DNA of 31,639 nt. Source: Candidatus Bathyarchaeia archaeon (GTDB lineage Archaea; Thermoproteota; Bathyarchaeia; Bathyarchaeales; Bathycorpusculaceae). The stretch covers positions 1-31,639 of the forward strand of contig JAVZLH010000013.1 of NCBI GenBank assembly GCA_038883855.1, given 5' to 3'. Below, one piece after another: positions 17,361 through 27,394 of the stretch. A program made the translations under genes and the position numbers. Under the pieces are notes generated by a model that was not told where the DNA came from, did no database searches, and worked only from the letters and a program-made list of their open reading frames with translations. The stretch's first letter is position 1, and each line of letters starts with the position of its first letter.

Positions 17361-19271
17361 GTGCAAATAGACTACGAAAAACTTGGTTTAAAAGTCGGCT
17401 TAGAAATCCACCAACAACTGAACACTTCAGCCAAACTCTTCTGTAAATGCAAACCAGAACTCTTCAAAGAACAACCACAAATCACTTTTCTGCGCAGATT
17501 ACGCCCAACCCAAAGCGAGCTCGGACAAATAGACCCAGCCGCCTACTTCGAATTCCAAAAAGGCGTAAAAATCCTCTACGAAGCAAACACCGAAACCTCA
17601 TGCCTCGTGGAAATGGACGAAGAACCACCACATCCATTAAACATGGAAGCTGTAGAAATAGCCCTAACAGCCGCCTTACTGATGAACGCAAAACCCGTAG
17701 ACGAAATCCACGTAATGCGCAAAACAGTAATAGACGGCTCCAACACCACAGGATTCCAACGCACATGCGTCATAGCCCTAAACGGACAAATAAAAATCGC
17801 CAACAAAACCGTCCCAATCCAACACATAAGCCTAGAAGAAGACGCCGCCCGCAAAACAGGCGAAGAAGACAACACTATACGTTACCGCATAGACAGATTG
17901 GGGATACCCTTAATAGAAGTTGCAACAGCACCAGTCATAAACACGCCAAAAGAAGCCGAGGAGGTAGCCCTAGCAATAGGCAGGATACTGAGGGCTACTG
18001 GAAAAGTGATGCGCGGCTTAGGAACAATCCGCCAAGACCTAAATATATCAATTCCAAACGGCGCCCTAACAGAAATAAAAGGCGTCCAAGAACTCGAACT
18101 AATCCCCCTAGTAATAGAATACGAAGTGCAAAGACAACTAAACCTAATAAAAATAAGCCAAGAACTACAAAAAACAGGAGCAAAAGAAGAAGACCTAAAA
18201 CCAGAATTCTACGACGTAACACACGTTTTCCAACATACAAAATGCAAAGTTCTCCAAAAAGCCCTAGAAAAAAACCAGAAAATCCTAGCAGTAAAACTGC
18301 CGAAATTCAAAGGCTTCCTAAAACGGGAGCTTATACCAGGCATCCGCCTAGGAACAGAAATGGCTGACCGCGCCAAGTTCTGGGGCAGAGTAGGCGGAAT
18401 ATTCCACACAGACGAACTCCCAGCCTACGGAATAGCAGAAGAAGAAATAGAAACATTAAGAAAAATGGTAAATGCCAAACAAGAAGACGCTGTGGTCTTT
18501 GTTGCAGACACTCCAGAAAACGCTGAAGACGCATTAAAAGCCGTCTTAGAAAGAGCCCGCGAAGCCCTAAAATGCGTGCCAGAAGAAACCCGCGCAGCAA
18601 ACCCCGACGGAACAACACACTACATGCGCCCACGCCCAGGAGCAGCCCGCATGTACCCAGAAACAGACATACCGCCAACACAAATAACAGAAGACTACAT
18701 AAGGCAAATTCTCAAGCGCCTACCAGAATTGCCAGAACAAAAACTTAAACGATTCATGCGCGATTATGGATTAAATCAAAAATTAGCAAAGCAGATACTC
18801 GACTCTGAATACACGGAGATATTTGAAGCCATAGTTAGAGAAAGCAAAGTCTCGCCAACAACAGTTGCAGCGTTCCTAACAGAAACAATGAAAGCGTTAA
18901 AACGAGAAGGCGTAGACGTAGAAAAAGTTTCAGAAAACCAACTAAAGGAAATCTTCAAACGCATCGGCTCTGGAGAATTGACAAAAGAAGCCCTGCCAGA
19001 AATTGTCAGCTGGCTCGCTAAAAATAAAGGTAAAAGCATAGGTGAAGCAATTCAAAGTTTAGATTTAAAAATTCTTTCAGAGAAAGAGATTGAAAAAATT
19101 GTTGACGAAGTAATTGGAGCTAACAAAGACTTAATTGAGAAATCTGTAAAAAACGCCTTCGGAGCGCTTATGGGGTTAGTTATGAAGAAAGTGCGGGGAA
19201 AAGCCAAAGCTGAATTAGTCAATGAAATTGTGAAGAAAAAGTTAGAAAGCAAAACGGCAAGATTGAACTAA
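17361..19271 (+). CDS. gatE: Glu-tRNA(Gln) amidotransferase subunit E
   Basis: GLKVGLEIHQQL, MRKTVIDGSNTTGFQRT, LEEDAAR, RGLGTIRQDLN, MRPRPGAARMYPETD. Confidence 0.98.
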   Translation: MQIDYEKLGLKVGLEIHQQLNTSAKLFCKCKPELFKEQPQITFLRRLRPTQSELGQIDPAAYFEFQKGVKILYEANTETSCLVEMDEEPPHPLNMEAVEIALTAALLMNAKPVDEIHVMRKTVIDGSNTTGFQRTCVIALNGQIKIANKTVPIQHISLEEDAARKTGEEDNTIRYRIDRLGIPLIEVATAPVINTPKEAEEVALAIGRILRATGKVMRGLGTIRQDLNISIPNGALTEIKGVQELELIPLVIEYEVQRQLNLIKISQELQKTGAKEEDLKPEFYDVTHVFQHTKCKVLQKALEKNQKILAVKLPKFKGFLKRELIPGIRLGTEMADRAKFWGRVGGIFHTDELPAYGIAEEEIETLRKMVNAKQEDAVVFVADTPENAEDALKAVLERAREALKCVPEETRAANPDGTTHYMRPRPGAARMYPETDIPPTQITEDYIRQILKRLPELPEQKLKRFMRDYGLNQKLAKQILDSEYTEIFEAIVRESKVSPTTVAAFLTETMKALKREGVDVEKVSENQLKEIFKRIGSGELTKEALPEIVSWLAKNKGKSIGEAIQSLDLKILSEKEIEKIVDEVIGANKDLIEKSVKNAFGALMGLVMKKVRGKAKAELVNEIVKKKLESKTARLN

Positions 19272-19319
19272 AGAGCAAAGAAATATAAGATTAGAATCAC
19301 ATAATTTCCAACGATTTAA

Positions 19320-19685
19320 ATGCCTAAAAATTGGCGTCAACCCTTAATTTGGATTTTAAAGGCTAATGTTATCGCCGTGACAGTTGACATAGTCTTTCTA
19401 GCGCTTCTAGTAGCGTTAATGAATTTAGATGTTCTTGCGCTAATCAGAGACGGCTATTTTCCGAAAATGTTACTTTTAGAGGCAGGCATCGTTTTCTTGA
19501 TAGGTGGAGCTATTGCCATGTCGGCTTCCATATTTCCAAGCAAAGTAAGAGAGCATTTTTTACATTCTAGAGAAGAATGGTCTATGGAAAAACTTAGGAA
19601 AGGAGAGAAAAAAGCTAACCTATACATTTTGACGGGGATTATTCTTTTTATAGAATGTATCATCACATCGTATCTGGTTTTGTGA
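19320..19685 (+). CDS. Hypothetical membrane protein (about 3 TM)
   Basis: Three hydrophobic segments; TATA-like AAATATAA upstream. Confidence 0.75.
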   Translation: MPKNWRQPLIWILKANVIAVTVDIVFLALLVALMNLDVLALIRDGYFPKMLLLEAGIVFLIGGAIAMSASIFPSKVREHFLHSREEWSMEKLRKGEKKANLYILTGIILFIECIITSYLVL

Positions 19686-19712
19686 ATTAAAAAAGAAAGG
19701 GGTTAAGGAGCT

Positions 19713-21995
19713 CTAACGCTTTCTCCTTGCAATGACAAATGCCGCTAGACCAAGCACCACAGCAATAGCTATAGCCGCGTACGTCATGTTCCTCGTGTTG
19801 GAAAGCGAGCTTTGTAAGTCATCGATTTTGGCATTTAAAGTTTCAAACAGGTCTTCAAGTGATGTTACGTTTAGCATCTGAACATATTTCCATTCTTCTC
19901 CTGCTGGTGCTTCTCTGTCAAAGAGATAGTAGTAGAACACTCCAGTACTTGTTGGCGTAACGGTGAAACTGTACCATCCGTCCAGCCCAGTGACCGTTCT
20001 ACCAATCATTATAGATGTTGTAGCATATGTAGAGTTGTCGGTAGTCACCATCAATTGCAGTTCTCTATTAGGTACGGGATTTCCATCGGTGCCTACATAG
20101 ATCCCGGAAATAACTGTAGACATTCCAAGCGTGAATGATGGAAGCGTCGGTTGTGAAGGTAAAGCTGGAACGGAATATCCTGCCTTTTCCAAGTACTCTT
20201 TAGCCTTCGCCAAACTATACTCTCTCGGGGCTATTTCATCGTTGTAAAATGGTTGCGTCGGCAGCATAGGTGTGGCGCCAGGCTCTCCAAAGCCTGAAAG
20301 AAGGTTGTCAATGATTAACTGTCTTGGAATTGCATAGTCAAAGGCAATCCTTACATATCTGGCTGCTTCTGCGGCTCTTGATGGATCAGCTTGGCCAAGT
20401 GGAGTTGCTGTACCAGTGCCGAAAACGGGGTGACGCATGTTGTAACCTATTTCCTGTCTTCCTGTGCCTTCTTGAAGTAGCACCCTGCCCCAAGAAGGAT
20501 CTATTGAGGGAATGTCCACTTGCATCTGATAGTTTGGGTCTAAGATGTCAACCTCGCCGTTCTTTAAGGCTGCCAATGCTGCAGTTTTGTCAGCAATGAA
20601 TTTAATATAGTAATCCTCCACTTCAAAGGCGCCGAGAGCTTCTAAGCCTGTTTTGTTCCAATAATCATCGAATTTTTCAAGATGCACAAGCTGTGTAACT
20701 GGGTCGTAACTCACCCATTTGTAGGGACCAGTTCCCACGGGACCAGTGTAGGTTTTTCCATTGACTACGATTGATCCTTGACCGGTGTTGAACGGTGTGT
20801 TGGTCCATTGAGCTGGTGGTATATTTTCAAAGATGTGTTTCGGAATTATGTTGTTAGCGAACGATAGAAGGTATGGGTCAAAGTACCCATAGGGCTTGCC
20901 TAATGCTAATTCTGGAAGCTCCACTTCAACCGTGTATTCGTCTACGGCAGTTATGTTGCCTTGGCGTGTGCCTGTACCAAGGGTTACTGAAGTACCGTTT
21001 GAGTAAGTGAATCTAACATTGTCTCCGTAAACACTTTGATAGTATCCTACGAATTGGGATCCCGTTTGAGGATTCATTAAAGCCCATAACGAGAACACGA
21101 CATCATCTGCGGTGAAGTTTTCACCGTCGTGCCACTTAACACCAGTCCTGCAATGGAAAGTCCATTTGAAACCATCCGCACTTGGCGCCCAGTCTGTTAA
21201 GAGGGCTGGAACAGAGAGGTCGCTTAGGTCAGGCCAAACCTGGGCTAAACCGTTGAATATTGGTGTAAATATTATTGTGTCGTACCAAGAGTTGCTTAGC
21301 GGTGGAATAAGTGATTCTATTTCGCCTGTGGAGCAGTAAACCACAGTACTTTTACCTTTGAGCAGTTCAGGATAAGGCTGGGCATTGAAATAAAGCCAGC
21401 CTTCGCCTCCTGGAGTTTCATACCAGTTTGTTAGGACAGGGTTTACAACGGCTGGCGCAGATTGATACATTATTTGGGATGCAGGCATATCCTCAAAGTA
21501 AATTTGTTGCCATTGCTTTAAGAGAATTTCTTGTTCAGTAATATTGGTCGATGTTATGAACGCATCCAACAACGCGTCAGCTGTTGCGTTCTGCCATAGA
21601 TAGTAGTTTTGTCCATACGGAGCGAGGAAGTCTTCGCCTCCATAATAGATTTGTCTAGGTTCAGGAATCAGCCCAGGTGTCCAACCGATTAACAGCATGT
21701 CATATCCACCTTCATCGTAGGTTTTGCCCACCATACTTGGGTCGGGTGTGAGGACGCGGTCAAAGACGCTTGCCCATCCTAAAAAGACTACTCTTGCATC
21801 AATTCCCAGAAGTTTCAGCGAGTTAGCGAATATCTGTCCCCATTGACGCCTAACCATGTTTGCGTTTCCAGGAGCGATTATTGTAACTTTGAACAAAGGC
21901 TCTGTTTGACCCTTTACAATAGTCAACGGCAACAAAATTGAAATCGTTAAGATAGCAATTGACAACGCCAAAAATATTTTTTTGATTGTTCGCAT
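19713..21995 (-). CDS. Peptide/nickel-family (SBP family 5) ABC substrate-binding protein, circularly permuted, C-terminally anchored
   Basis: Signal peptide; WTFHCRTGVKWHDGENFTADDVVFS, PVGTGPYK, AALKNGEVD, KAKEYLEKAGY; C-terminal TM + RRKR. Confidence 0.92.
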   Translation of the reverse strand: MRTIKKIFLALSIAILTISILLPLTIVKGQTEPLFKVTIIAPGNANMVRRQWGQIFANSLKLLGIDARVVFLGWASVFDRVLTPDPSMVGKTYDEGGYDMLLIGWTPGLIPEPRQIYYGGEDFLAPYGQNYYLWQNATADALLDAFITSTNITEQEILLKQWQQIYFEDMPASQIMYQSAPAVVNPVLTNWYETPGGEGWLYFNAQPYPELLKGKSTVVYCSTGEIESLIPPLSNSWYDTIIFTPIFNGLAQVWPDLSDLSVPALLTDWAPSADGFKWTFHCRTGVKWHDGENFTADDVVFSLWALMNPQTGSQFVGYYQSVYGDNVRFTYSNGTSVTLGTGTRQGNITAVDEYTVEVELPELALGKPYGYFDPYLLSFANNIIPKHIFENIPPAQWTNTPFNTGQGSIVVNGKTYTGPVGTGPYKWVSYDPVTQLVHLEKFDDYWNKTGLEALGAFEVEDYYIKFIADKTAALAALKNGEVDILDPNYQMQVDIPSIDPSWGRVLLQEGTGRQEIGYNMRHPVFGTGTATPLGQADPSRAAEAARYVRIAFDYAIPRQLIIDNLLSGFGEPGATPMLPTQPFYNDEIAPREYSLAKAKEYLEKAGYSVPALPSQPTLPSFTLGMSTVISGIYVGTDGNPVPNRELQLMVTTDNSTYATTSIMIGRTVTGLDGWYSFTVTPTSTGVFYYYLFDREAPAGEEWKYVQMLNVTSLEDLFETLNAKIDDLQSSLSNTRNMTYAAIAIAVVLGLAAFVIARRKR

Positions 21996-22161
21996 TTTTC
22001 TACCTACCTATTTCACTTCACTTTTGTGATGACTTCCTATATAGTTTTTGCCCTTAAAAATTTTCAAAGGCTCTCATCTAATACATCGTATTTTTCTAAG
22101 TGGAAATAAAAGTTTAAGTAGGTTTCGTCTCAAATACGTTATAGAATGAATTTCAATTGAG

Positions 22162-23142
22162 ATGATTAATGTGGGCTCTATGCTCAAATATATTGTCAGA
22201 AGGCTTTTGTATATGATTCCTGTAGCTTTAGGCATATCCATAATAAGTTTTATAACCATGTACGCTGCAGGAGACCCTATTAATATAATCCGCTTAGGCA
22301 GACCTACAGTAGATCAAGCAACAATAGACGCATTGAAGGAATATTATGGTCTTGACAAACCCTTACACATACAATATCTCACTTGGCTTACAAACCTATT
22401 ACAACTAAACTTCGGAAAATCTTTGTACGGTGGCACACCTGTCAATTTGATAATTGGAAATTGGATTTGGGAAACAGCTAAACTTCAAATTATATCAATT
22501 CTCATAGCTTTTATTATATCTATACCTATTGGCGTGTATTCTGCAAGAAAACAGTATTCAGCGGGAGATGTAGTGGTCACGTCAGTTTCCTTATTCGGTG
22601 TTTCGATGCCCACTTTCTGGCTTGGACTTATACTGATAATAATATTTTCATACACGCTTGGATGGCTGCCCTCAGAAGGAGCTCGTGGTGGAATAAAAAT
22701 TTGGTGGGGTAACCCTGTTTTAGACGAAATTGCCCACTTAATATTGCCGACGACCGTTCTTGTTTACGTAATGTTAGCTCAAAACATCCGCTTAATCAGA
22801 GCAAACATGCTGGAAGTCTTAAGATCAGATTATATTCTTGCTGCTAGGGCAAGCGGAATAAGCGAACGCAAAATAATCTATAAATACGCCTTGAGAAACG
22901 CCATCAGCCCTACAATTACGTTTCTTGGAATATCCTTGGGAGCAATGATAGGAGGTGCCCCCATGACGGAATATGTATTTAACTGGCCCGGCCTTGGTCG
23001 TCGCTATGTTGACGCAACTATGAGACTGGATTTTCCAATAGTGATGGGGATAACTATGATAATAACTGTGATGACATTAATTGCAAACTTAATCGTTGAT
23101 ATAATTTACGTTTACATAGACCCTAGAATACGACTAAGGTGA
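22162..23142 (+). CDS. Peptide ABC transporter permease (OppB/DppB-like)
   Basis: YIVRRLL, GLDKPLHIQYLTW, SMPTFWLG, EAA-type loop DYILAARASG, FNWPGLG. Start may be 22180. Confidence 0.95.
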   Translation: MINVGSMLKYIVRRLLYMIPVALGISIISFITMYAAGDPINIIRLGRPTVDQATIDALKEYYGLDKPLHIQYLTWLTNLLQLNFGKSLYGGTPVNLIIGNWIWETAKLQIISILIAFIISIPIGVYSARKQYSAGDVVVTSVSLFGVSMPTFWLGLILIIIFSYTLGWLPSEGARGGIKIWWGNPVLDEIAHLILPTTVLVYVMLAQNIRLIRANMLEVLRSDYILAARASGISERKIIYKYALRNAISPTITFLGISLGAMIGGAPMTEYVFNWPGLGRRYVDATMRLDFPIVMGITMIITVMTLIANLIVDIIYVYIDPRIRLR

Positions 23143-23148
23143 AATGGT

Positions 23149-24114
23149 ATGTCTTTAAACCATGAAAAAAAGACGCTGGAAGTACAATACAAACGAAGAT
23201 CAGCCAGCCAATGGGCTGTAGCTTGGAGAAGATTCAAAAGGAATAAAGCTGGAGTGGCAGGTTTAATTATTGTAATTTTCATAGTGTTTGTGGGATTTTT
23301 TGGAAGTTTCTTCGCGCCCTACCCGGCAAGACCAGACCCAGGCGCTTATGAACCGTTTTATAGGGGAGACGTTCGTGTGCCGCCATGCGAGAAATATCCT
23401 TTGGGAACCTCAGCCATAGGCACAGATATTCTTAGCGATATTATTCATGGAACAAAATATTCGCTGTATGTAGGCGTTGTTGTAACGGCTATAACGATGC
23501 TTATAGCAATCGTTATCGGGTCAATAGCCGGATTTTACGGGGGATGGGTTGATAACGTTTTAATGAGAATCACAGAAATATTCCTAGTTTTTCCTTCATT
23601 GCTATTTATCTTAGTTTTTGTGAGAATATTCACTCTAACAGTTGGAGAACCCTTCTGGACGGTGCCTTTGATCGGGATCAAAATACCTGCTGGACTTACA
23701 ATTGTTACATTAATCTTGGCTATATTTAACTGGGCAAGCAACGCGCGAATGATTCGAGGCGAGTTTTTAAGAATCAGAGAACTTGAATTCATAGAAGCAG
23801 AGAAGGCTTTAGGAGCCAGCAACACCAGAATAATTTTTAGACACATACTTCCAAATATTTTGCCATCAATAATTGTTGTTTCAAGCCTAACGATTGCCTA
23901 CGCGATTCTCGTGGAAGCAGCGGTGAGTTTCCTTGGTTTTGGAGATCCAAACACTGCAACATGGGGACAAATCCTTCAAGAAAACTATTCGGACATGAGA
24001 ACCGTCTGGTGGGCAGAAGTTTTCCCAGGTTTAGCCATTCTGATCACGGTGTTTGGCTTCAACCTTTTGGGAGATGGCTTATCTGATGCCTTAAACCCGA
24101 GGCTTCGCGATTAA
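23149..24114 (+). CDS. Peptide ABC transporter permease (OppC/DppC-like)
   Basis: WRRFKRNK, PLGT, DNVLMR, EFIEAEKALGAS..RIIFRHILPN, FNLLGDGL.DALNPR. Confidence 0.95.
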   Translation: MSLNHEKKTLEVQYKRRSASQWAVAWRRFKRNKAGVAGLIIVIFIVFVGFFGSFFAPYPARPDPGAYEPFYRGDVRVPPCEKYPLGTSAIGTDILSDIIHGTKYSLYVGVVVTAITMLIAIVIGSIAGFYGGWVDNVLMRITEIFLVFPSLLFILVFVRIFTLTVGEPFWTVPLIGIKIPAGLTIVTLILAIFNWASNARMIRGEFLRIRELEFIEAEKALGASNTRIIFRHILPNILPSIIVVSSLTIAYAILVEAAVSFLGFGDPNTATWGQILQENYSDMRTVWWAEVFPGLAILITVFGFNLLGDGLSDALNPRLRD

Positions 24115-25127
24115 TGGAAGCGAATAAAATGGAAGAAACACTACTAAACATTGAAGGACTAAAAACCTACTTTTTCACAGAAGCAGGAGTAGTAAAGGCT
24201 GTTGACGGGATTTCCTTCGACTTAAAAAAGGGAGAATCCTTAGGGCTGGTAGGCGAATCAGGCTCAGGAAAAACGGTAACAGCGCTATCCGTATTAAGAA
24301 TAGTGCCCAAACCTGGGAAAATTGTTGGAGGAAAAATAGAGTTTGCTGGCGAGAACCTTCTCGAAAAAACTGAAAAAGAAATGCAGAAAATCCGTGGAAA
24401 CAAAATTGCCATTATTTTTCAGGACCCATCATCTTCGCTTAATCCCGTATACACAATCGAAACGCAGTTAGCAGATGTTTTAATTGCCCATAAGCGCTTA
24501 TCCAGAATTGAATGTCGAAAGAGAATCATCGAACTTTTACACCTTGTAGGAATACCTGACCCGATAACCAGAATGCGCGAGTACCCGCACCAGTTCAGTG
24601 GAGGAATGAAACAACGTGTAGCCATTGCTAGAGCCTTAGCTTTGGAACCGACACTTTTGTTTGCTGACGAACCCACAACAAATCTTGATGTCACAATTCA
24701 AGCTCAAGTGCTAGAACTTTTGAATGATCTAAAAAAGAAGATGAATATGTCCCTCATCCTTATTACTCACGACATGGGAATCATAGCCAAAATGACAACA
24801 CGAGTAGTGGTTCTTTACGCGGGTAACGTGTGCGAAATAGCAAAAACAATTGATCTTTACGAACATCCAAGACACCCCTATACAGAGGCCCTTCTCGCTG
24901 CTGTCCCCAGATTAGACATGAGGAAAACTTTACGCGTCATTCCTGGGAACATCCCCAACCTTATTGAGCCGCCTTCAGGCTGTAGGTTTCATCCGCGTTG
25001 TAAATATGCCAAAGAAAAATGCGCAGTAGACATCCCGGTATTAGAAGAAATAGAACCGGGACATTTTGTTGCTTGCCATGAATGGCAAAACATAAAGCTA
25101 AAAGGAGAAAGGGCGAACGTTGTCTAG
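24114..25127 (+). CDS. Peptide ABC transporter ATPase (OppD/DppD-like)
   Basis: GESGSGKT, YPHQFSGGMKQR, ADEPTT, HPYT, C-terminal GCRFHPRC...C...AC. Confidence 0.96.
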   Translation: MEANKMEETLLNIEGLKTYFFTEAGVVKAVDGISFDLKKGESLGLVGESGSGKTVTALSVLRIVPKPGKIVGGKIEFAGENLLEKTEKEMQKIRGNKIAIIFQDPSSSLNPVYTIETQLADVLIAHKRLSRIECRKRIIELLHLVGIPDPITRMREYPHQFSGGMKQRVAIARALALEPTLLFADEPTTNLDVTIQAQVLELLNDLKKKMNMSLILITHDMGIIAKMTTRVVVLYAGNVCEIAKTIDLYEHPRHPYTEALLAAVPRLDMRKTLRVIPGNIPNLIEPPSGCRFHPRCKYAKEKCAVDIPVLEEIEPGHFVACHEWQNIKLKGERANVV

Positions 25128-26112
25128 CGAAAATCTTGTTGAAGTTAGAAAATTGGTTAAGTATTTCCCCGTTTATACAAGAGGGGTTTTACTGAAAAAA
25201 CAAGTTGGTGTAGTTCATGCTGTTGACAATATGAGTTTTGTGATAAAAAGGAGAGAAACTTTTGCTCTTGTAGGAGAGAGTGGGTGCGGAAAAACAACCA
25301 CTGCTAGATTGATACTAAACTTGATAGAACCTACTTCTGGAGAAGTATTATTTGAAGGGGAAAACGTTTATGAGAAATTTAAATCGGCCAGCAAAAAGGA
25401 AAAGTTAGCATTGAGAAGAAAAATGCAGCTAATTTTCCAAAATCCCTATGGTTCTCTAGACCCACGAATGACTGTTTTTGATATAATTTCTGAACCCTTT
25501 TTAATTCATAAACATGTACCAAAAGAGAAATGGAAAGATAGGGTTTACGAATTACTCCAACTTGTGGGGTTAGAAGAATATCATGCTGAAAGATACCCTC
25601 ACGAGTTTAGCGGCGGTCAAAGACAAAGAATTTGCATAGCCCGTGCTTTAGCCGTTGAGCCAGAATTTATAATTGCCGATGAGCCAGTTTCTTCTCTAGA
25701 CGTATCCATTAGAGCCCAAATTCTTAATCTTCTGGTAGACTTGCAGAAAACCATAGGACTTTCTTACCTCTATATTTCACATGACCTAAGCTCTGTTAGG
25801 CAAATTAGCCACAGAGTAGGAGTCATGTATCTGGGAAAGATAGTTGAAATGGCTAATACCGATGACCTTTTTGACCATCCTCTTCATCACTATACACAAG
25901 CCTTAATCGAAGCAGTACCCATACCTGATCCCAAAACAAAGGCTCTGAAGATCATTTTACGAGGGGAAGTGCCAAGCCCAATTAATCTACCGTCTGGTTG
26001 CCGTTTCCATCCCCGGTGCCCAAAAGCGCAGGAAATATGTAGTGAAAAAGAACCAATGCTAGAAGAGGTTAAAAAAGGTCATTTTGTTGCTTGTCATTTT
26101 CCTTTGTCTTAA
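25120..26112 (+). CDS. Peptide ABC transporter ATPase (OppF/DppF-like)
   Basis: GESGCGKTT, YPHEFSGGQRQR, ADEPVSSLD, GEVPSP, GCRFHPRC...VACH. Confidence 0.96.
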   Translation: MSSENLVEVRKLVKYFPVYTRGVLLKKQVGVVHAVDNMSFVIKRRETFALVGESGCGKTTTARLILNLIEPTSGEVLFEGENVYEKFKSASKKEKLALRRKMQLIFQNPYGSLDPRMTVFDIISEPFLIHKHVPKEKWKDRVYELLQLVGLEEYHAERYPHEFSGGQRQRICIARALAVEPEFIIADEPVSSLDVSIRAQILNLLVDLQKTIGLSYLYISHDLSSVRQISHRVGVMYLGKIVEMANTDDLFDHPLHHYTQALIEAVPIPDPKTKALKIILRGEVPSPINLPSGCRFHPRCPKAQEICSEKEPMLEEVKKGHFVACHFPLS

Positions 26113-26121
26113 ATTTTGGAT

Positions 26122-26778
26122 TTATCTACAATCTTTTACTGCAAATATTTTTTCTTGAATAGGCTTAAGGCTTTCGCCGCAGTAAGGGCATATTTTAAAT
26201 TCTGGGAGCAGTGGTTTTCCACAGTTCACGCACACTATTGGGAAGTTTATCTTTTCCTCAACTTTCATGATTTCCTTTTTAAGGATACTCAGCTCTAATT
26301 TTGTTTTTTCTATGTTTTCTTTTATGGGCTGAATTTCTCTGACTTCTGTTCTTATGTTGTAGATCAAGTCTTTAACTTGAGCAAGCATTGCGTTGTTCAT
26401 TTCAACTGTTTCATTCATTGCGTCTAATAATTCGCTTTTGCTTTCTAAAAGTTGGGTTTCGACGGCGCTTTGTTTTTGGCATCTGAGAGAATTTTGTTCA
26501 GAAAAGTTTCCACGGGGTTTTCGAAGGCTATTGCACATGTTATACCCCAAAAGGCTAGTGTTAAAATCGCGGTTGCCCACGTGTAAGCCATAGGCGTTAT
26601 TGCTTGCAGTTTCTCGTTTATGAATGGATATAGCCTAAGAAGCTTTATTTCGTTGCCGAAAACAAAAGCTGAAACCGCGTCTGCCAAATGAATGAGGGAT
26701 GTGAAGGTTAGGGTGCTGAAGAGCCATACGAACAGTCCTTTTTGGCCAAGTTTTCCCCTCTTGTTTAACCTTTACCAT
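26122..26778 (-). pseudogene. Doubly frameshifted membrane / coiled-coil / zinc-ribbon protein
   Basis: Reconstruction MVKVKQEGK/LGQKGLFVWLFSTLTF...FWGITCAIAFENPVETFLNKILSDAK/KQSAVETQ...CVNC...CPYC; shifts at 26751-26754 and 26473-26477. Confidence 0.7.
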
Positions 26779-26881
26779 ATGTAGAGCATCGCAATATTTA
26801 ATACACATTTCCGTTCTCGACATATTCTAACATAGCAAATTCTAAAAAGGGTTTCACGCATTCTAATAATTAGGGAGTTGC

Positions 26882-27382
26882 TTGGCTGATAAAGTGATAA
26901 AAGAAATCAATGGAAGTTTGTTTGGTTTCCGTGTAAAGCTTGGAGATTTCGAAGTTGAAATTAATGGAAACCGCGAAGAGGTTTTGAAGACTCTTGAGGA
27001 ACTGCCAAGTTTAATGGTGAAAGTTCAAAGCGCATTTGAGTGTTTAAAACCTAGAGAAGCCGCGAAGATTATTGTTAGGACTGAACCTTCAAAGGCTCAA
27101 TCTGAGGAGAATAAGATGATAGCGCAGAACCTGCCAAAAATAGCGCCAACAGACGATTGTAATGAGGCTGTTTTAAGGATTTTAGAGAGTGATTGGGGGA
27201 AGTGGCGTCCGCGAACTATTGAAGAGTTAAAAGAAGTTTTAAAAGCTAATGGGATGAGTTTTCCAGGGCGGATTCTGTCCGGTACTCTTTTGGGTTTGGT
27301 TAAGAAAGGTGTTGTTAGGCGTTGGAACACCAATGCTGGTTATGTTTACATACTTGCAGAGAAGGAGGTTTTAGGCGTTTAG
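26882..27382 (+). CDS. Hypothetical protein: N-terminal beta-beta-alpha module + C-terminal winged helix (paralog A)
   Basis: FRVKLGDFEVEING.REEV; W...PRTIEELKEVL..NG..F....LSGTL..LVKKG.VRR.....YVY. Confidence 0.8.
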   Translation: MADKVIKEINGSLFGFRVKLGDFEVEINGNREEVLKTLEELPSLMVKVQSAFECLKPREAAKIIVRTEPSKAQSEENKMIAQNLPKIAPTDDCNEAVLRILESDWGKWRPRTIEELKEVLKANGMSFPGRILSGTLLGLVKKGVVRRWNTNAGYVYILAEKEVLGV

Positions 27383-27394
27383 GGAGGCGTGTTT

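Noticed and set aside
17447-18367. 306-aa alternative-frame ORF inside gatE
   Set aside because: R/P/N/T-rich shadow frame; scarce T in the A/C-skewed block removes stop codons.
22024-22040. TGATGACTTCCTA resembling a fluoride riboswitch 3' end or a C box
   Set aside because: No matching 5' GGnGATGG segment or D box.
22092-22116. ORB-like TTCTAAGTGGAAATAAAAG
   Set aside because: Single degenerate copy, no G-string, no cdc6/orc1 in the window.
26635-26637. Single in-frame TAG as a possible pyrrolysine read-through
   Set aside because: The read-through frame is not protein-like, the shifted frame holds the TM helices, and no pyl genes are in the window.
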